Of a stretch of 50,474 nt of DNA, positions 34,594-43,868 are shown piece by piece. How positions within the stretch are numbered: position 1 is the stretch's first letter; each line of letters opens with the position of its first letter. The stretch is taken from NCBI GenBank assembly GCA_002721815.1, contig PBLQ01000013.1:1-50474 (forward strand), read 5' to 3'. A program made the translations under genes and the position numbers. Source of the stretch: Myxococcales bacterium. GTDB taxonomy: Bacteria; Myxococcota; UBA727; GCA-2721815. Under the pieces are notes generated by a model. The model had not been told where the DNA came from. It saw only the letters and a list, made by a program, of their open reading frames with translations, and ran no database searches.

Positions 34594-36117
34594 TTGGTAT
34601 CCGTGGTTTTGGCTTTTATTATGGCGTTTTTGACCGCCTTAACGGTGACCCCACCCGTACGGGTTTTGGCCCGTCGCCTGGGCGCCACCGACGATCCAAA
34701 CAAAGCACGTAAGGTACACGATCGCGTTATCCCGAGAATGGGTGGCTTGGCCATCGCAGCAGCTTTCTTTTTCCCCTTGGTAATTTTGTGGGGCATTGAA
34801 ACGGAGGTGGCCAAGGCCTTTATTGCCGACCGCAAACAAATCGTTATCCTGGCCTTTGGTGGGTTAATGATTTTGGCGCTCGGGGTTTACGACGACCGGC
34901 GGGGCGCGAGAGCGAGTACCAAGTTGGCCATCCAGCTGCCGGTGGCGGTGCTTTTGGTCCTTTCGGGTTTCACCTTCGATGCCAATGTTTCATTTCTTGG
35001 CTTTGATTTTGGGTTGGGTGTGTTGGCACCAGCGGTCACCATTTTGTGGATTGTGGGCATCACAAACGCCATGAATCTTATCGACGGGCTTGACGGTCTG
35101 GCAGCGGGTATTTCATTGTTGGTGGTTCTTACGCTCTTTGTGCTCTCCCTCGTGAACCAGCATTACGTCGGGGCCATGTTAAATGCTTGCTTGGCGGGCG
35201 CATTGGTCGGATTCTTGGTGCATAACTTTCATCCGGCCACCATTTTCATGGGTGACACGGGCAGCCTTTTTATTGGTTACATGATTGCATCCATTGCGCT
35301 CCTCACCTCCAGCAAGGGCACCACCACTGTGGCATTCCTTGTCCCGGTGATTGCATTGTCTGTGCCTATCATGGACACCACGCTGGCCACTTTTCGTCGA
35401 TTGCTTCGCAACCGGTCTCCCTTTTCTGCCGACCAGGAGCACATGCATCACAAGCTGTTGCATTTGGGGTTTTCGCATCAACGGGTGGTGCTCATTATGT
35501 GGGCATTTGCATTGGCCACTTGTTTGACCGCCTTGGGTGTTGCTTTTGTGCGCGGAACCCAGGTGTGGTCGGTACTGGTGATTTATTCGGTGGTCGTCTT
35601 TGTGGTGGTCAAAAAAATGGGTTTCATTCGGGTCGATAACTGGCAGGGTGAATTCAAGGCCGGTCGCAACCTAAAACAAAAGCGAAAGAAACAAAGCAAA
35701 TCCATTGAGCAAATGCAAAACACTTTCAAGTTCATGGAACACCCTGACCAGTTGCCGGGGTTACTCCTGCCGCTTCACCAGTTACTGAACTACGCAGCCA
35801 TGCAGGTCCAATTGAGCGACTCTTTTTTGGTGACCCTGGGGAGCACGCAGGGGCGGTATGTTTGGCCAGGCTTGGATGACCCGTCCATATGGTCTCAAGG
35901 GCGCAGTGTGACTTACCCATTAGAGGGCCGGTATGGCCCCATTGGTGAAGTGACCTATGTGTTCCTCAGTGAGAAGGCCATCGACGTGGAAGAAGAGCAA
36001 CTCTTAGATCGCGTACATCAACTGATGATTGAGGGACTTGAGCGCATTCAACGGGCCAACTCAAATATTGGTCTTGCCGGCGAAGAAGCTAAAATCAGGG
36101 TTTTACCCTCTGCATAA
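34594..36117 (+). CDS. Polyprenyl-phosphate sugar-1-phosphate transferase of the MraY/WecA (GT4) family (WecA/WbpL-like) with a ~150-aa C-terminal cytoplasmic extension
   Basis: Conserved WecA blocks are present: DDPNKARKVHDRVIPRMGG, NAMNLIDGLDGLA, FMGDTGSLFIGY. ~10 TM helices. TTG start at 34594 follows a GAGGGGA RBS. Residues ~360-507 have no TM segments and no obvious homology. Confidence 0.8.
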   Translation: MVSVVLAFIMAFLTALTVTPPVRVLARRLGATDDPNKARKVHDRVIPRMGGLAIAAAFFFPLVILWGIETEVAKAFIADRKQIVILAFGGLMILALGVYDDRRGARASTKLAIQLPVAVLLVLSGFTFDANVSFLGFDFGLGVLAPAVTILWIVGITNAMNLIDGLDGLAAGISLLVVLTLFVLSLVNQHYVGAMLNACLAGALVGFLVHNFHPATIFMGDTGSLFIGYMIASIALLTSSKGTTTVAFLVPVIALSVPIMDTTLATFRRLLRNRSPFSADQEHMHHKLLHLGFSHQRVVLIMWAFALATCLTALGVAFVRGTQVWSVLVIYSVVVFVVVKKMGFIRVDNWQGEFKAGRNLKQKRKKQSKSIEQMQNTFKFMEHPDQLPGLLLPLHQLLNYAAMQVQLSDSFLVTLGSTQGRYVWPGLDDPSIWSQGRSVTYPLEGRYGPIGEVTYVFLSEKAIDVEEEQLLDRVHQLMIEGLERIQRANSNIGLAGEEAKIRVLPSA

Positions 36118-36135
36118 TTTGAACGCACCATTGGG

Positions 36136-36819
36136 TTAGGGCGTGGTGGCTTCCTGTCGTGCTTTGTCGATGGCAGCCTGGACCTTTTCGGGTTCTAACC
36201 CACTAATGCTCGCCACTTGGTTGCCCTTCGCATCAAACACGAAAACATGGGGCAATTTTGACATGTATTGACCGTATTTTTTGGCCAATGGAGTTTCCCA
36301 GGTCACGATGTTGAGCTTGCGTACTGCTACATCACTTTGGGTTTGTAAGATTTTGTTGAGATGCTTATCGAGTATCCGGCATGGTCCGCACCAGGGCGCA
36401 TAAAAATCGACGACCGTTATTTTGCCTACTGCCAAATGCTCCTTCACCTCAATGGCTTGACCCTCTAATGCAAGCCAGGAGACATCGAGCCCTTCATCGT
36501 AACGTTCAGGAGGCAAATAGTTACCTTGGCCAGCGCCCAGTACAATCTTGTACCCCGCGGTGCTGGCTTGCTTTTGAAGCGTTTCTGGTGTGGTTTTTTC
36601 CGGATTGTAGTCCACCGAGAGTTCCGCGTTCGCATAGTCAAACTTGGCCTCTTTCACGTGTGGGTTTTTTTGGAGCGCCTTAACCGCTTTGCCGCCACAA
36701 CTTGCACAGCTTAATTTCTGCATGGACAAAACCACGTTAGCGGTCTCTCCGTGTGCGCATCCTTGGAGTAAAAACCAACAGAGGACAACAGACAGCGTAT
36801 AAAGCTTTTGTAATTGCAT
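36136..36819 (-). CDS. Lipoprotein fusing an N-terminal heavy-metal-associated (HMA, CxxC) domain to a C-terminal thioredoxin domain (WCGPC)
   Basis: Lipobox LLQGCAHG. HMA motif MQKLSCASCGGKAVKAL. Thioredoxin active site FYAPWCGPCRILD. Strong AAGGAAAC RBS. Confidence 0.8.
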   Translation of the reverse strand: MQLQKLYTLSVVLCWFLLQGCAHGETANVVLSMQKLSCASCGGKAVKALQKNPHVKEAKFDYANAELSVDYNPEKTTPETLQKQASTAGYKIVLGAGQGNYLPPERYDEGLDVSWLALEGQAIEVKEHLAVGKITVVDFYAPWCGPCRILDKHLNKILQTQSDVAVRKLNIVTWETPLAKKYGQYMSKLPHVFVFDAKGNQVASISGLEPEKVQAAIDKARQEATTP

Positions 36820-36955
36820 AAGGTTTCCTTATTTCGGGTGCGCTTTGGGCATATCACAAATAACGGGCTGACTGGAGGGGGAATCGACAAAAAGAGATGT
36901 GCCTGTAAATCCACCTTTGAGAATTGGTATTATTTGGTGGTAGCTTAATAATTGT

Positions 36956-39124
36956 ATGAAAGTAGGAGGTTTTTTGTCTCTTTCCACGCCTTCCGCAAAG
37001 AGCTGTACCCTTGGCGCTTTTGAGCTGCGCTGGACTGCGCCTCGCTTTGAGATCCTTTGGAAAAACAAAGTGGTTTGGAAAACCCCCAACCAAGGCGCTT
37101 TTCTTAAGGCCTTTGAAAATGAGCTGGAGGCCAAAGAGAGCCGTGGCTTTTTTAGAATGAAAGAGCGGTTGAGCGCGCGTTGGGTTGACTGCAATATTTT
37201 GAGTTTGGAAGCAGCCGGCGATGGGGTGGTTTTACAGGGAGAGCTCCTGGGCGATACGGTTTTGTCTTGGTCGCTTCGTTTTACCTTGGTGGATGGTGAG
37301 CAATTGGCGTTTCATGTCTCATTTTTAGAGGATGGTCAGCGCCAGCCCACGTGTGTCATCATGAACTGGCAAATGGACAAGAATGAGCGTGTGTTCGGAC
37401 TGGGCACGCAGTTCACCCACGTGGATTTGAAGGGCAAAAAGGTTCCCATTTTGAGCCAAGAGCCTGGCATTGGTCGGGGCGTTCAGCCAATCACTTGGAT
37501 GATGGAAACGTTTTTTGGCGCCGGTGGAACCACGGTGAATTCCAATGCACCCTCCACGCACCTGCTCACCTCTGGATTAAAGTCACTGGCCTTAGAAAAC
37601 AAAGAGTACGCCGTGTATGACTTTCGTTCCGCTGAAATGATGTCTTTGCAAATCTATGCCACAGAAGTGAAGGGCCGTCTCTTTTTTGGTGAGACGCCTT
37701 TGGATTGCCTAGAGGTTTCTTCGCGCTTAATTGGGCGCATGCCGCCTTTGCCATCTTGGTTGCAGCAAGGTGCCGTGATCGGCATGCAAGGAGGACGGGC
37801 TTTGGTGGAGCAACGGTTGGAACAACTGAAGGCCCATCAAGCATCAGTGGCTGCTTTTTGGTTGCAAGATTGGGTGGGGGCGCGCAAAACAGCGGCCGGT
37901 CACCAGCTGTGGTGGAATTGGGAGCCTGACGAAGACACCTATCCTGAATGGGGGGCGTTCGTTCGTCGTCTGAAGTCGGCGGGCATTCGGGTCATGGCTT
38001 ATGTGAATCCGTTTTTAGTGAATGTGGCTTCCCAAAAAAATGTGAAACGAAACTATTACCAAGAGGCGCTTGAACACGGGTATCTCATCAAGAACCAAAA
38101 GGGCGCGCCTTACGCCATCATGAATACGTCTTTTTCGGCCGGTCTGTTGGATTTGTCGAATCCTAAGGCACGCCAATTTGTCAAAGACATCATCAAAGAA
38201 GAAATGCTGTCGACTGAAGTTTCGGGGTGGATGGCTGATTTTGGTGAAGCACTGCCTTTCGATGCCGTTTTACACGGTGATGTCGAGGCTTCTGAGTATC
38301 ACAATGCCTATCCTGAAGTTTGGGCCCAAGTAAACCGAGAAGTGATTGCAGAGGCGGGCCTCGAAGGCGACGTGGCTTTCTTTATGCGTTCAGGGTTTAC
38401 CCAATCTCCAGCAAGCGCCACGTTGTTTTGGCTGGGTGACCAACTCACCGGTTGGCGTGCCGAAGATGGCATCAAAAATGCGGTGACAGGGTTGCTGTCT
38501 AGTGGCATGTCAGGCTTTGCACTGAATCACAGTGATATTGGGGGTTATACAGCGACGACGCTGCCGCACGTGCCTTTCCCATTATCTGCTGTGGGCCATT
38601 GTCGCAGCCGGGAACTTTTGTGGCGGTGGATTGAACTCAATGCTTTCACTGCGGTGTTTCGTACGCATGAGGGCAATCAGCCTGCCAAAAATTATCAGAT
38701 CTTCGATGACGAACAGACTTTGGCGCATTTTGCCCGGTTTTCGCGAGTGTATGCGGCCTTTTCCCACTACCGAAAAAGCTTGTGCGAAGAGGCGGCACAA
38801 AAAGGTTGGCCCTTGGTGCGGCATCCTTGGTTGCATTACCCAGACAACGACACCCTGCGGGGTTTAGAATACCAAATGATGTTGGGGCCTGATGTGATGG
38901 TGGCCCCCGTTTTGGAGCCCAACCAAAGGAGCCAAAGGGTTTATTTGCCACCGGACCATTGGACCCATCTGTGGAGCGGAGATGTCTTCAAGCCTGGGGG
39001 CGACGGGGAGTGGGTAACAGTGGATGCACCACTTGGGACACCGCCTGTATTTCTTCGTTCCCATGGTCGATCCACGTGTCAGATTTTAGAAAAGCTAAGT
39101 GAAAACAAATGCTTGGGCGGGTAA
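36956..39124 (+). CDS. Glycoside hydrolase family 31 enzyme of the YihQ-like clade (alpha-glucosidase/alpha-glycosidase; sulfoquinovosidase-related but probably not an SQase)
   Basis: WLQDW block; nucleophile region VSGWMADFGEALP; acid/base region LNHSDIGGYTA; QLWWNWEPD block. The position equivalent to YihQ Arg301 appears to be Gln (HQLWWNW versus KRVMWNW, which I recalled from memory). Confidence 0.8.
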   Translation: MKVGGFLSLSTPSAKSCTLGAFELRWTAPRFEILWKNKVVWKTPNQGAFLKAFENELEAKESRGFFRMKERLSARWVDCNILSLEAAGDGVVLQGELLGDTVLSWSLRFTLVDGEQLAFHVSFLEDGQRQPTCVIMNWQMDKNERVFGLGTQFTHVDLKGKKVPILSQEPGIGRGVQPITWMMETFFGAGGTTVNSNAPSTHLLTSGLKSLALENKEYAVYDFRSAEMMSLQIYATEVKGRLFFGETPLDCLEVSSRLIGRMPPLPSWLQQGAVIGMQGGRALVEQRLEQLKAHQASVAAFWLQDWVGARKTAAGHQLWWNWEPDEDTYPEWGAFVRRLKSAGIRVMAYVNPFLVNVASQKNVKRNYYQEALEHGYLIKNQKGAPYAIMNTSFSAGLLDLSNPKARQFVKDIIKEEMLSTEVSGWMADFGEALPFDAVLHGDVEASEYHNAYPEVWAQVNREVIAEAGLEGDVAFFMRSGFTQSPASATLFWLGDQLTGWRAEDGIKNAVTGLLSSGMSGFALNHSDIGGYTATTLPHVPFPLSAVGHCRSRELLWRWIELNAFTAVFRTHEGNQPAKNYQIFDDEQTLAHFARFSRVYAAFSHYRKSLCEEAAQKGWPLVRHPWLHYPDNDTLRGLEYQMMLGPDVMVAPVLEPNQRSQRVYLPPDHWTHLWSGDVFKPGGDGEWVTVDAPLGTPPVFLRSHGRSTCQILEKLSENKCLGG

Positions 39125-39256
39125 GGCGGGGCTCGAGCCGTGCAGGTCCATACTGAGCCCTGGGGCATTTTCCCCCTTCGTTTTGCGCCAAAATCGTGGC
39201 TTGCCTATTATATATAGAGGTAAGCATTCCTCTTAGCCCATGAGCACCCCATCACG

Positions 39257-39868
39257 ATGACCCCCTCTGCCGAAGAAAACATCAACGTTCAGGAACTGCC
39301 AGAAAACGTGGCGTCTACATCGCAGACAGCCCTAAAAATTTTGATTGGCTTCGCCACAGTTTTTCTATTGGCGGTCTTTGGCAGCATTTATCTCAAAGAA
39401 TTTTTCACGACCGTGGGCGTTTGGGTGGTTGAGAATTTAGGATTACCAGGATTGTTTGGCATGTGGGTTTTGATCGACACCGTCCCCACGCCCATGAGCT
39501 ATGCACCGATTATGTTCCTTTCGATCAAAGGTGGTTTGAACCACTGGGTCATCTTGGCGGTGGCTTCCGCCGCGAGCATGACCGGAGGAATGATTGGTTT
39601 TTCCCTTGGGCATTGGGTGGGTATGCCCCAAAAGGTACGCGCTTGGTTCGATGAGAAATACCCGGGCAAGTATGATATTTTACAGCGCCACGGCGCGTGG
39701 GGCATCGTGATCGTAGGCCTGTTGCCCATGCCTTTTGCTCTGGGCACTTGGACGGCTGGGGCCATGCGAATTCCTTTTTGGCAGGCGGGCTTGGCGATGT
39801 TCGTTCGCATTCCGAAGACGGGTATTTATGTCGCCCTCATCATGAGTGGCTTAGCGGTAGGTGGCTAA
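39257..39868 (+). CDS. YqaA/DedA (VTT-domain) family inner-membrane protein
   Basis: C-terminal LPMPFALGTWTAGAMRIPFWQAGLAMFVRIPKTGIYVALIMSG parallels E. coli YqaA MPVVGDLLCLLAGWMRISWGPVIFFLCLGKALRYVAVAA. 4-5 TM helices. Confidence 0.65.
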   Translation: MTPSAEENINVQELPENVASTSQTALKILIGFATVFLLAVFGSIYLKEFFTTVGVWVVENLGLPGLFGMWVLIDTVPTPMSYAPIMFLSIKGGLNHWVILAVASAASMTGGMIGFSLGHWVGMPQKVRAWFDEKYPGKYDILQRHGAWGIVIVGLLPMPFALGTWTAGAMRIPFWQAGLAMFVRIPKTGIYVALIMSGLAVGG

Positions 39869-40665
39869 TGAATAAGAAGAATCTTTTGGGTCTGGTCTTT
39901 TTGTCTGCATTGCTCAGTTGTGCCGAGCCGGCACCCGAAGCACCTGATGATATCGAAGAGCTGATGGGCTTTTTGTACGAGCACTACGAGGATGAAGACG
40001 ATGGCGCTTTGTACAATGGTCTCACCAAGTTGGGTGAATGGTTGGCCGATGATGACAATCGGGCCGCTGCCACCGAAGCCTTTACCTTTACCGAGCTGCC
40101 CGAGACCGCAGTCGATGACTTGGATGAACGCGAACGAAAAACCGACAAACTCAAAGGACATGGCGTTCTTACATTAAGCCCCCACAAGGTAGAAGACATC
40201 GCCACCTTGTTGGGCTCTAAAGAATTCGAAAATCTCTATAAAGACAAATATGACGAGTATGAGCGTCACTTTGAAATGGATACCGACTGTTTTGCCGATA
40301 AAACATGCGATCGTGTCACAGGAACCATTCATGCGGTCTCCAGTTGGTTGGGAGGGGCCGTTTCCATGACCACCGACCTTGAGGTGGGGGTTCGATGGGT
40401 GGAGACCGATGCGGGCTGGATGGCTTTAAACCGCTCTTGGTTGCTCAGGCCAGCTTTTGGCAGCTGCTGTGATTTTGTGCTTGAGGCGAGCTATTATATT
40501 GCTGCCATTATGCCAGATGGTAACGGGGCCATGCGCATGCATGCCTCTTGGGCAGAGCTTGATTATGGTTCAGTACCCATTCCGGAGGAAGAGGCGGCCA
40601 GTCGGGCTTTGCAAACCACCATCGATGATTCGGCCAATACCGACGAATACCTCTCCAACCGCTAA
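39868..40665 (+). CDS. Acidic hypothetical lipoprotein (265 aa)
   Basis: ATG 39868 overlaps the upstream TAA (TAATG). Signal peptide MNKKNLLGLVFLSALLSCAEP. Asp/Glu-rich, no recognisable domain. The longer track ORF (39697) lacks a signal peptide. Confidence 0.6.
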   Translation: MNKKNLLGLVFLSALLSCAEPAPEAPDDIEELMGFLYEHYEDEDDGALYNGLTKLGEWLADDDNRAAATEAFTFTELPETAVDDLDERERKTDKLKGHGVLTLSPHKVEDIATLLGSKEFENLYKDKYDEYERHFEMDTDCFADKTCDRVTGTIHAVSSWLGGAVSMTTDLEVGVRWVETDAGWMALNRSWLLRPAFGSCCDFVLEASYYIAAIMPDGNGAMRMHASWAELDYGSVPIPEEEAASRALQTTIDDSANTDEYLSNR

Positions 40666-41912
40666 AAAGGGTGGTTGACGATGCCGTAGACCCCTAAGAT
40701 GGGTTCACGGTTTCGAGCCTGAGTCCCCACCGGGTCTTGAGGTGTGGTGTAGTCTTCGAATGCCACGGCCACGTCGAGGCGAATGACGAACAGGTCGTTG
40801 TAGCTGAGCCGCGGTCCCGCACCAAAAGACGCACGGACGTTCAAGGGCTCGTTCTGAAACTCTTCTAAGAGCCAAACCCGACCGAGATCGGTAAAGGCCA
40901 CGGCGTACACATCCACTTGTTGCTGGAATAGGTGGAAGGTAACGGGCAACCCCCGCATTTCGAAATTGCCAAACGCAGTGAGATTGCCTCGGTACCGCCC
41001 ATTTGGAAAACCGCGAAAAGCGAGATTGCCACCAACATCTACCCATTGGCTGCCGCCCAAGACGTGCTGGTGAAAGAAGGGTATGTGACCGGTTTGGTAG
41101 TCGAGCCCGAGTCGGTAGGCGAAAACCAATCGCCCCTGTTCAAGGATAGGGACCCATTGGCGGTGGGTGAGATTGGCGCCCCAGTAGGACCATTGGGAGC
41201 CAAGAGACGGGTGGCTCAGTCGCATGGATAACTCACTAAAAATACCGTGATGGGTATTGGGCTCTTTGTTTCGGGTGTCCACCATGAGCCCTGCAGCGCT
41301 TAAAAAGAGCAGACCGCCTTCGATGCCCGAAGGTTGATCCATCTCGAGTCTCGAGCCAGGGTACGCGCCCACCTGGGTGTTGCGAAAGGTGTTCCCCCAA
41401 TACAACTGCCATTGGGGGGCAATGGGAAACCTTAAGGTGGGAACGACCCAAAGACTTTGAATCTCCGATTCGTAAAACTGCTCAGGGGTGTCTTCTTGCG
41501 GCAGGCGTGGGGTGGCATCGCCCAGACCAAAATACCAAGCGCTGTCCCAGGTTTCGTAGCCCGAAACGATATCCAAGCGGACCCCACTGTTAAACATGTT
41601 GGGGAAGTCGAAGAGCAATTTGTGAAAGGCATAGTCGCCAGTGGTTTGGTAAAATTGCGCCCCGACGGACATCCAGTAAGGTTGGCGTTCGGAGTGACCA
41701 TCCCCATGAAAGAAAGTCGCGGCGTAAGCGCCGTAGCCAACCCCTCGGTCCGTGGTGAAATTGAGTAAAGGAAGTGCCGCAAAATCCCAACCGGTGGGTC
41801 CGGGCACTTCTTGACTCACAGGGACCGTCTCATCGGTTTGTGCGTGTCCCACGGAGGCAAAAAGCGCCAAGCTAAAAAGCAGGGGGCACATGTGAAGTCT
41901 TCGATGGTCCAT
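40662..41912 (-). CDS. Outer-membrane beta-barrel protein (Omp85/bacterial-surface-antigen-like barrel without POTRA domains, or other OMP)
   Basis: Signal peptide MDHRRLHMCPLLFSLALFASVGHAQ. Alternating amphipathic beta-strands rich in Y/W/G. C-terminal ...GIVNHPF carries the OMP terminal aromatic. ATG 41912 overlaps the upstream gene's TGA (TGATG). Confidence 0.6.
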   Translation of the reverse strand: MDHRRLHMCPLLFSLALFASVGHAQTDETVPVSQEVPGPTGWDFAALPLLNFTTDRGVGYGAYAATFFHGDGHSERQPYWMSVGAQFYQTTGDYAFHKLLFDFPNMFNSGVRLDIVSGYETWDSAWYFGLGDATPRLPQEDTPEQFYESEIQSLWVVPTLRFPIAPQWQLYWGNTFRNTQVGAYPGSRLEMDQPSGIEGGLLFLSAAGLMVDTRNKEPNTHHGIFSELSMRLSHPSLGSQWSYWGANLTHRQWVPILEQGRLVFAYRLGLDYQTGHIPFFHQHVLGGSQWVDVGGNLAFRGFPNGRYRGNLTAFGNFEMRGLPVTFHLFQQQVDVYAVAFTDLGRVWLLEEFQNEPLNVRASFGAGPRLSYNDLFVIRLDVAVAFEDYTTPQDPVGTQARNREPILGVYGIVNHPF

Positions 41913-42874
41913 CAATCTGCAATCTGGGCAGTTTCGTAAAGCCCGCGGATGACCGTGCCATCCTCAAGGGTAACGGTGGCGTGGTAAGTGGTGGTGGTCG
42001 GATCGCCAATCCAGGGCTTGGCGAGTTTACCTAAGAGCCCGTAATCGGCCACGGGTCGGTAACGGTGAAGAAGTTTAGAGGTTTTCAGCCGTACCGTGGT
42101 TTTGCCATTGTGAAACTGTAGTTCGGTGGGTTGCGCACGTGTGCCGCCTTGGAGTTTTGGGCTTTGCAGCGCCGTGGGACGATTGGCATGGGCTTCCCAG
42201 TGCCAACCGGTGATGGTTTGCTTGCCCGGCGGAAAATGAAATTGAAACAAATAGGGATTTTTTGGGTCCAGACCGCGAAAGCGTATCCAGCGGTTGGCAA
42301 TATTGGGTACGAGGCAGTTGGAACGACTGTGATCGATGTAACCATAGCCTTTCACCGCTTTTGTATAGACGGGCGAGGCGACGGACCCTGTGACTTTGGC
42401 CCAGGGCACCAAAATGTCCACATGAAAAAAATCGTTGCCTTTCTTTTTCGGGTAACGCGGCAGGGGGCTGGGTTGAGCGGTACGGTGCAAGGTCAAGTCA
42501 GCTTTGTATTTTTTTGTTTGCACTTTGAAGGTGAGGGACTTGGGTCGTTCTTGAAGTACGCAGTCACCAACTTTGAGCGCTTTAGCTTGGCTGTCGTACG
42601 ACCATTCATCGCGGTCGAACTGGGCACCCTCATTAAAGCCTTTGCCGGTGGGGGGCACGATCAAACCTCGGCATCCCGCTTTTTCATCGCCTAAGCCGGC
42701 ATTGGTAAAAAGATATTGAAGCAAGACATAACTGCCATCGTCGAGGTCTGCCAAAAGCGTGAAGCTTTCGCTGTAGGCTTCATTGCCAGTGGAGCGGGGC
42801 AAGAGAGGGTCTTGTGCGAGGATAGGTTTGCTCAACCCAAGAGACACGCATAAAAGTATCAGGGAGCGCAGCAT
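41912..42874 (-). CDS. Hypothetical secreted protein (321 aa)
   Basis: Start at ATG 42874 (MLRSLILLCVSLGLSKPILAQD, signal peptide). No recognisable motif. Its stop overlaps the start of the OM barrel gene, indicating translational coupling. Confidence 0.5.
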   Translation of the reverse strand: MLRSLILLCVSLGLSKPILAQDPLLPRSTGNEAYSESFTLLADLDDGSYVLLQYLFTNAGLGDEKAGCRGLIVPPTGKGFNEGAQFDRDEWSYDSQAKALKVGDCVLQERPKSLTFKVQTKKYKADLTLHRTAQPSPLPRYPKKKGNDFFHVDILVPWAKVTGSVASPVYTKAVKGYGYIDHSRSNCLVPNIANRWIRFRGLDPKNPYLFQFHFPPGKQTITGWHWEAHANRPTALQSPKLQGGTRAQPTELQFHNGKTTVRLKTSKLLHRYRPVADYGLLGKLAKPWIGDPTTTTYHATVTLEDGTVIRGLYETAQIAD

Positions 42875-42881
42875 GTGACCC

Positions 42882-43859
42882 TCACGACTTCGCAATGGAG
42901 GCCAATACCCGTCGCTCGCCTTCGAAAGGGCGTCTGGCGTGCAGCACCAAACTGTTGTCAATCCACACCATATCACCTTGCCGCCAATTGATATTCACAC
43001 ATTCTTCATCCATGGCCTGGGCGGTGGCCAAAATGGCTTCTCGATTCATGGGAGACCCATCGCCGCACACCACTGCTTTTGAGGGGTCGTTACGGGCATC
43101 CACCCAGCCGGTGTAGGCGGCCACCATGGAGTTAAAAAAGGTTTTTTGGCCCGTTCTCGGTTCGGTGCGAATGGCGGGCAGGGTCGCCGTTTCGGTGCGC
43201 AGATTACCATTGTCGAGCCATTCCCAAGTGGTACCGGCATTTTGCATCTTGGCCTCGGCTTCTTTGGGGTCGTCGGTCAAAAAAGTCGATTTCCAAGATC
43301 GGCCAATGGCAGAAGAAGGGTCGTCTTCAGGCGGCATAATTCGAATGTAACGAACACCGTGGGCTTCCACATGGTTAGCAAAATCCGCGTCGATGTCTCG
43401 AAACCGTTGGTAAATACGCGGTGAAAATAAAATAGCTGTTTCGCCACCTTGCTGCGCAGGCGTATGGCAATAAAAGAAAATATAAGCCGGCGGATTGGGC
43501 ACTTGTGCCATCTCGTGATGAAAGGGGATGGGTTCGCTGGAGGGAGAGTTGTTGGAGGTGAGCACCCGCTTAGAGGTGACTTTGTCTCGAGGCGCGGCAC
43601 CGCCCACGTAGGGCATGGCTTCGAACTGACCGGATTCAATGAGCGCTTCAAAATCTTCTGGTTGTTGGATGGGGAAGTTTCTAAATAGAATGGCCCCGTG
43701 GTTTTTGAGTTGCTCTTTGAGTTCAATGCTGTTTTCTGAAATCCAATTTTGAAAATCCGCCAAGGTGAAGTCTTCGTTGGCCTGTGGTTGCAGCACCAGC
43801 GGAAAGGGCGTGCCGTCCATGTCTTTTTGAATGGGGTCTGAAACGGATACAATCTTCAT
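42882..43859 (-). CDS. TauD/TfdA-family Fe(II)/2-oxoglutarate-dependent dioxygenase
   Basis: HxD/E...H facial triad context (IPFHHEMAQV...VLHARRPFEG). Size and sequence are typical of TauD/SyrP-like enzymes. AAGGA RBS. Confidence 0.75.
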   Translation of the reverse strand: MKIVSVSDPIQKDMDGTPFPLVLQPQANEDFTLADFQNWISENSIELKEQLKNHGAILFRNFPIQQPEDFEALIESGQFEAMPYVGGAAPRDKVTSKRVLTSNNSPSSEPIPFHHEMAQVPNPPAYIFFYCHTPAQQGGETAILFSPRIYQRFRDIDADFANHVEAHGVRYIRIMPPEDDPSSAIGRSWKSTFLTDDPKEAEAKMQNAGTTWEWLDNGNLRTETATLPAIRTEPRTGQKTFFNSMVAAYTGWVDARNDPSKAVVCGDGSPMNREAILATAQAMDEECVNINWRQGDMVWIDNSLVLHARRPFEGERRVLASIAKS

Positions 43860-43868
43860 GGTGTTCCT

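Noticed and set aside
34410-34835. 141-aa minus-strand ORF overlapping the wecA-like start
   Set aside because: Antisense to a well-supported WecA-family gene. No motifs.
36956-39124. Calling the GH31 enzyme a sulfoquinovosidase outright
   Set aside because: The HSDIGGY and WMADFGE blocks resemble YihQ. However, the position aligning with YihQ Arg301 reads Gln (HQLWWNW). A generic YihQ-clade alpha-glycosidase is therefore the safer call without an alignment.
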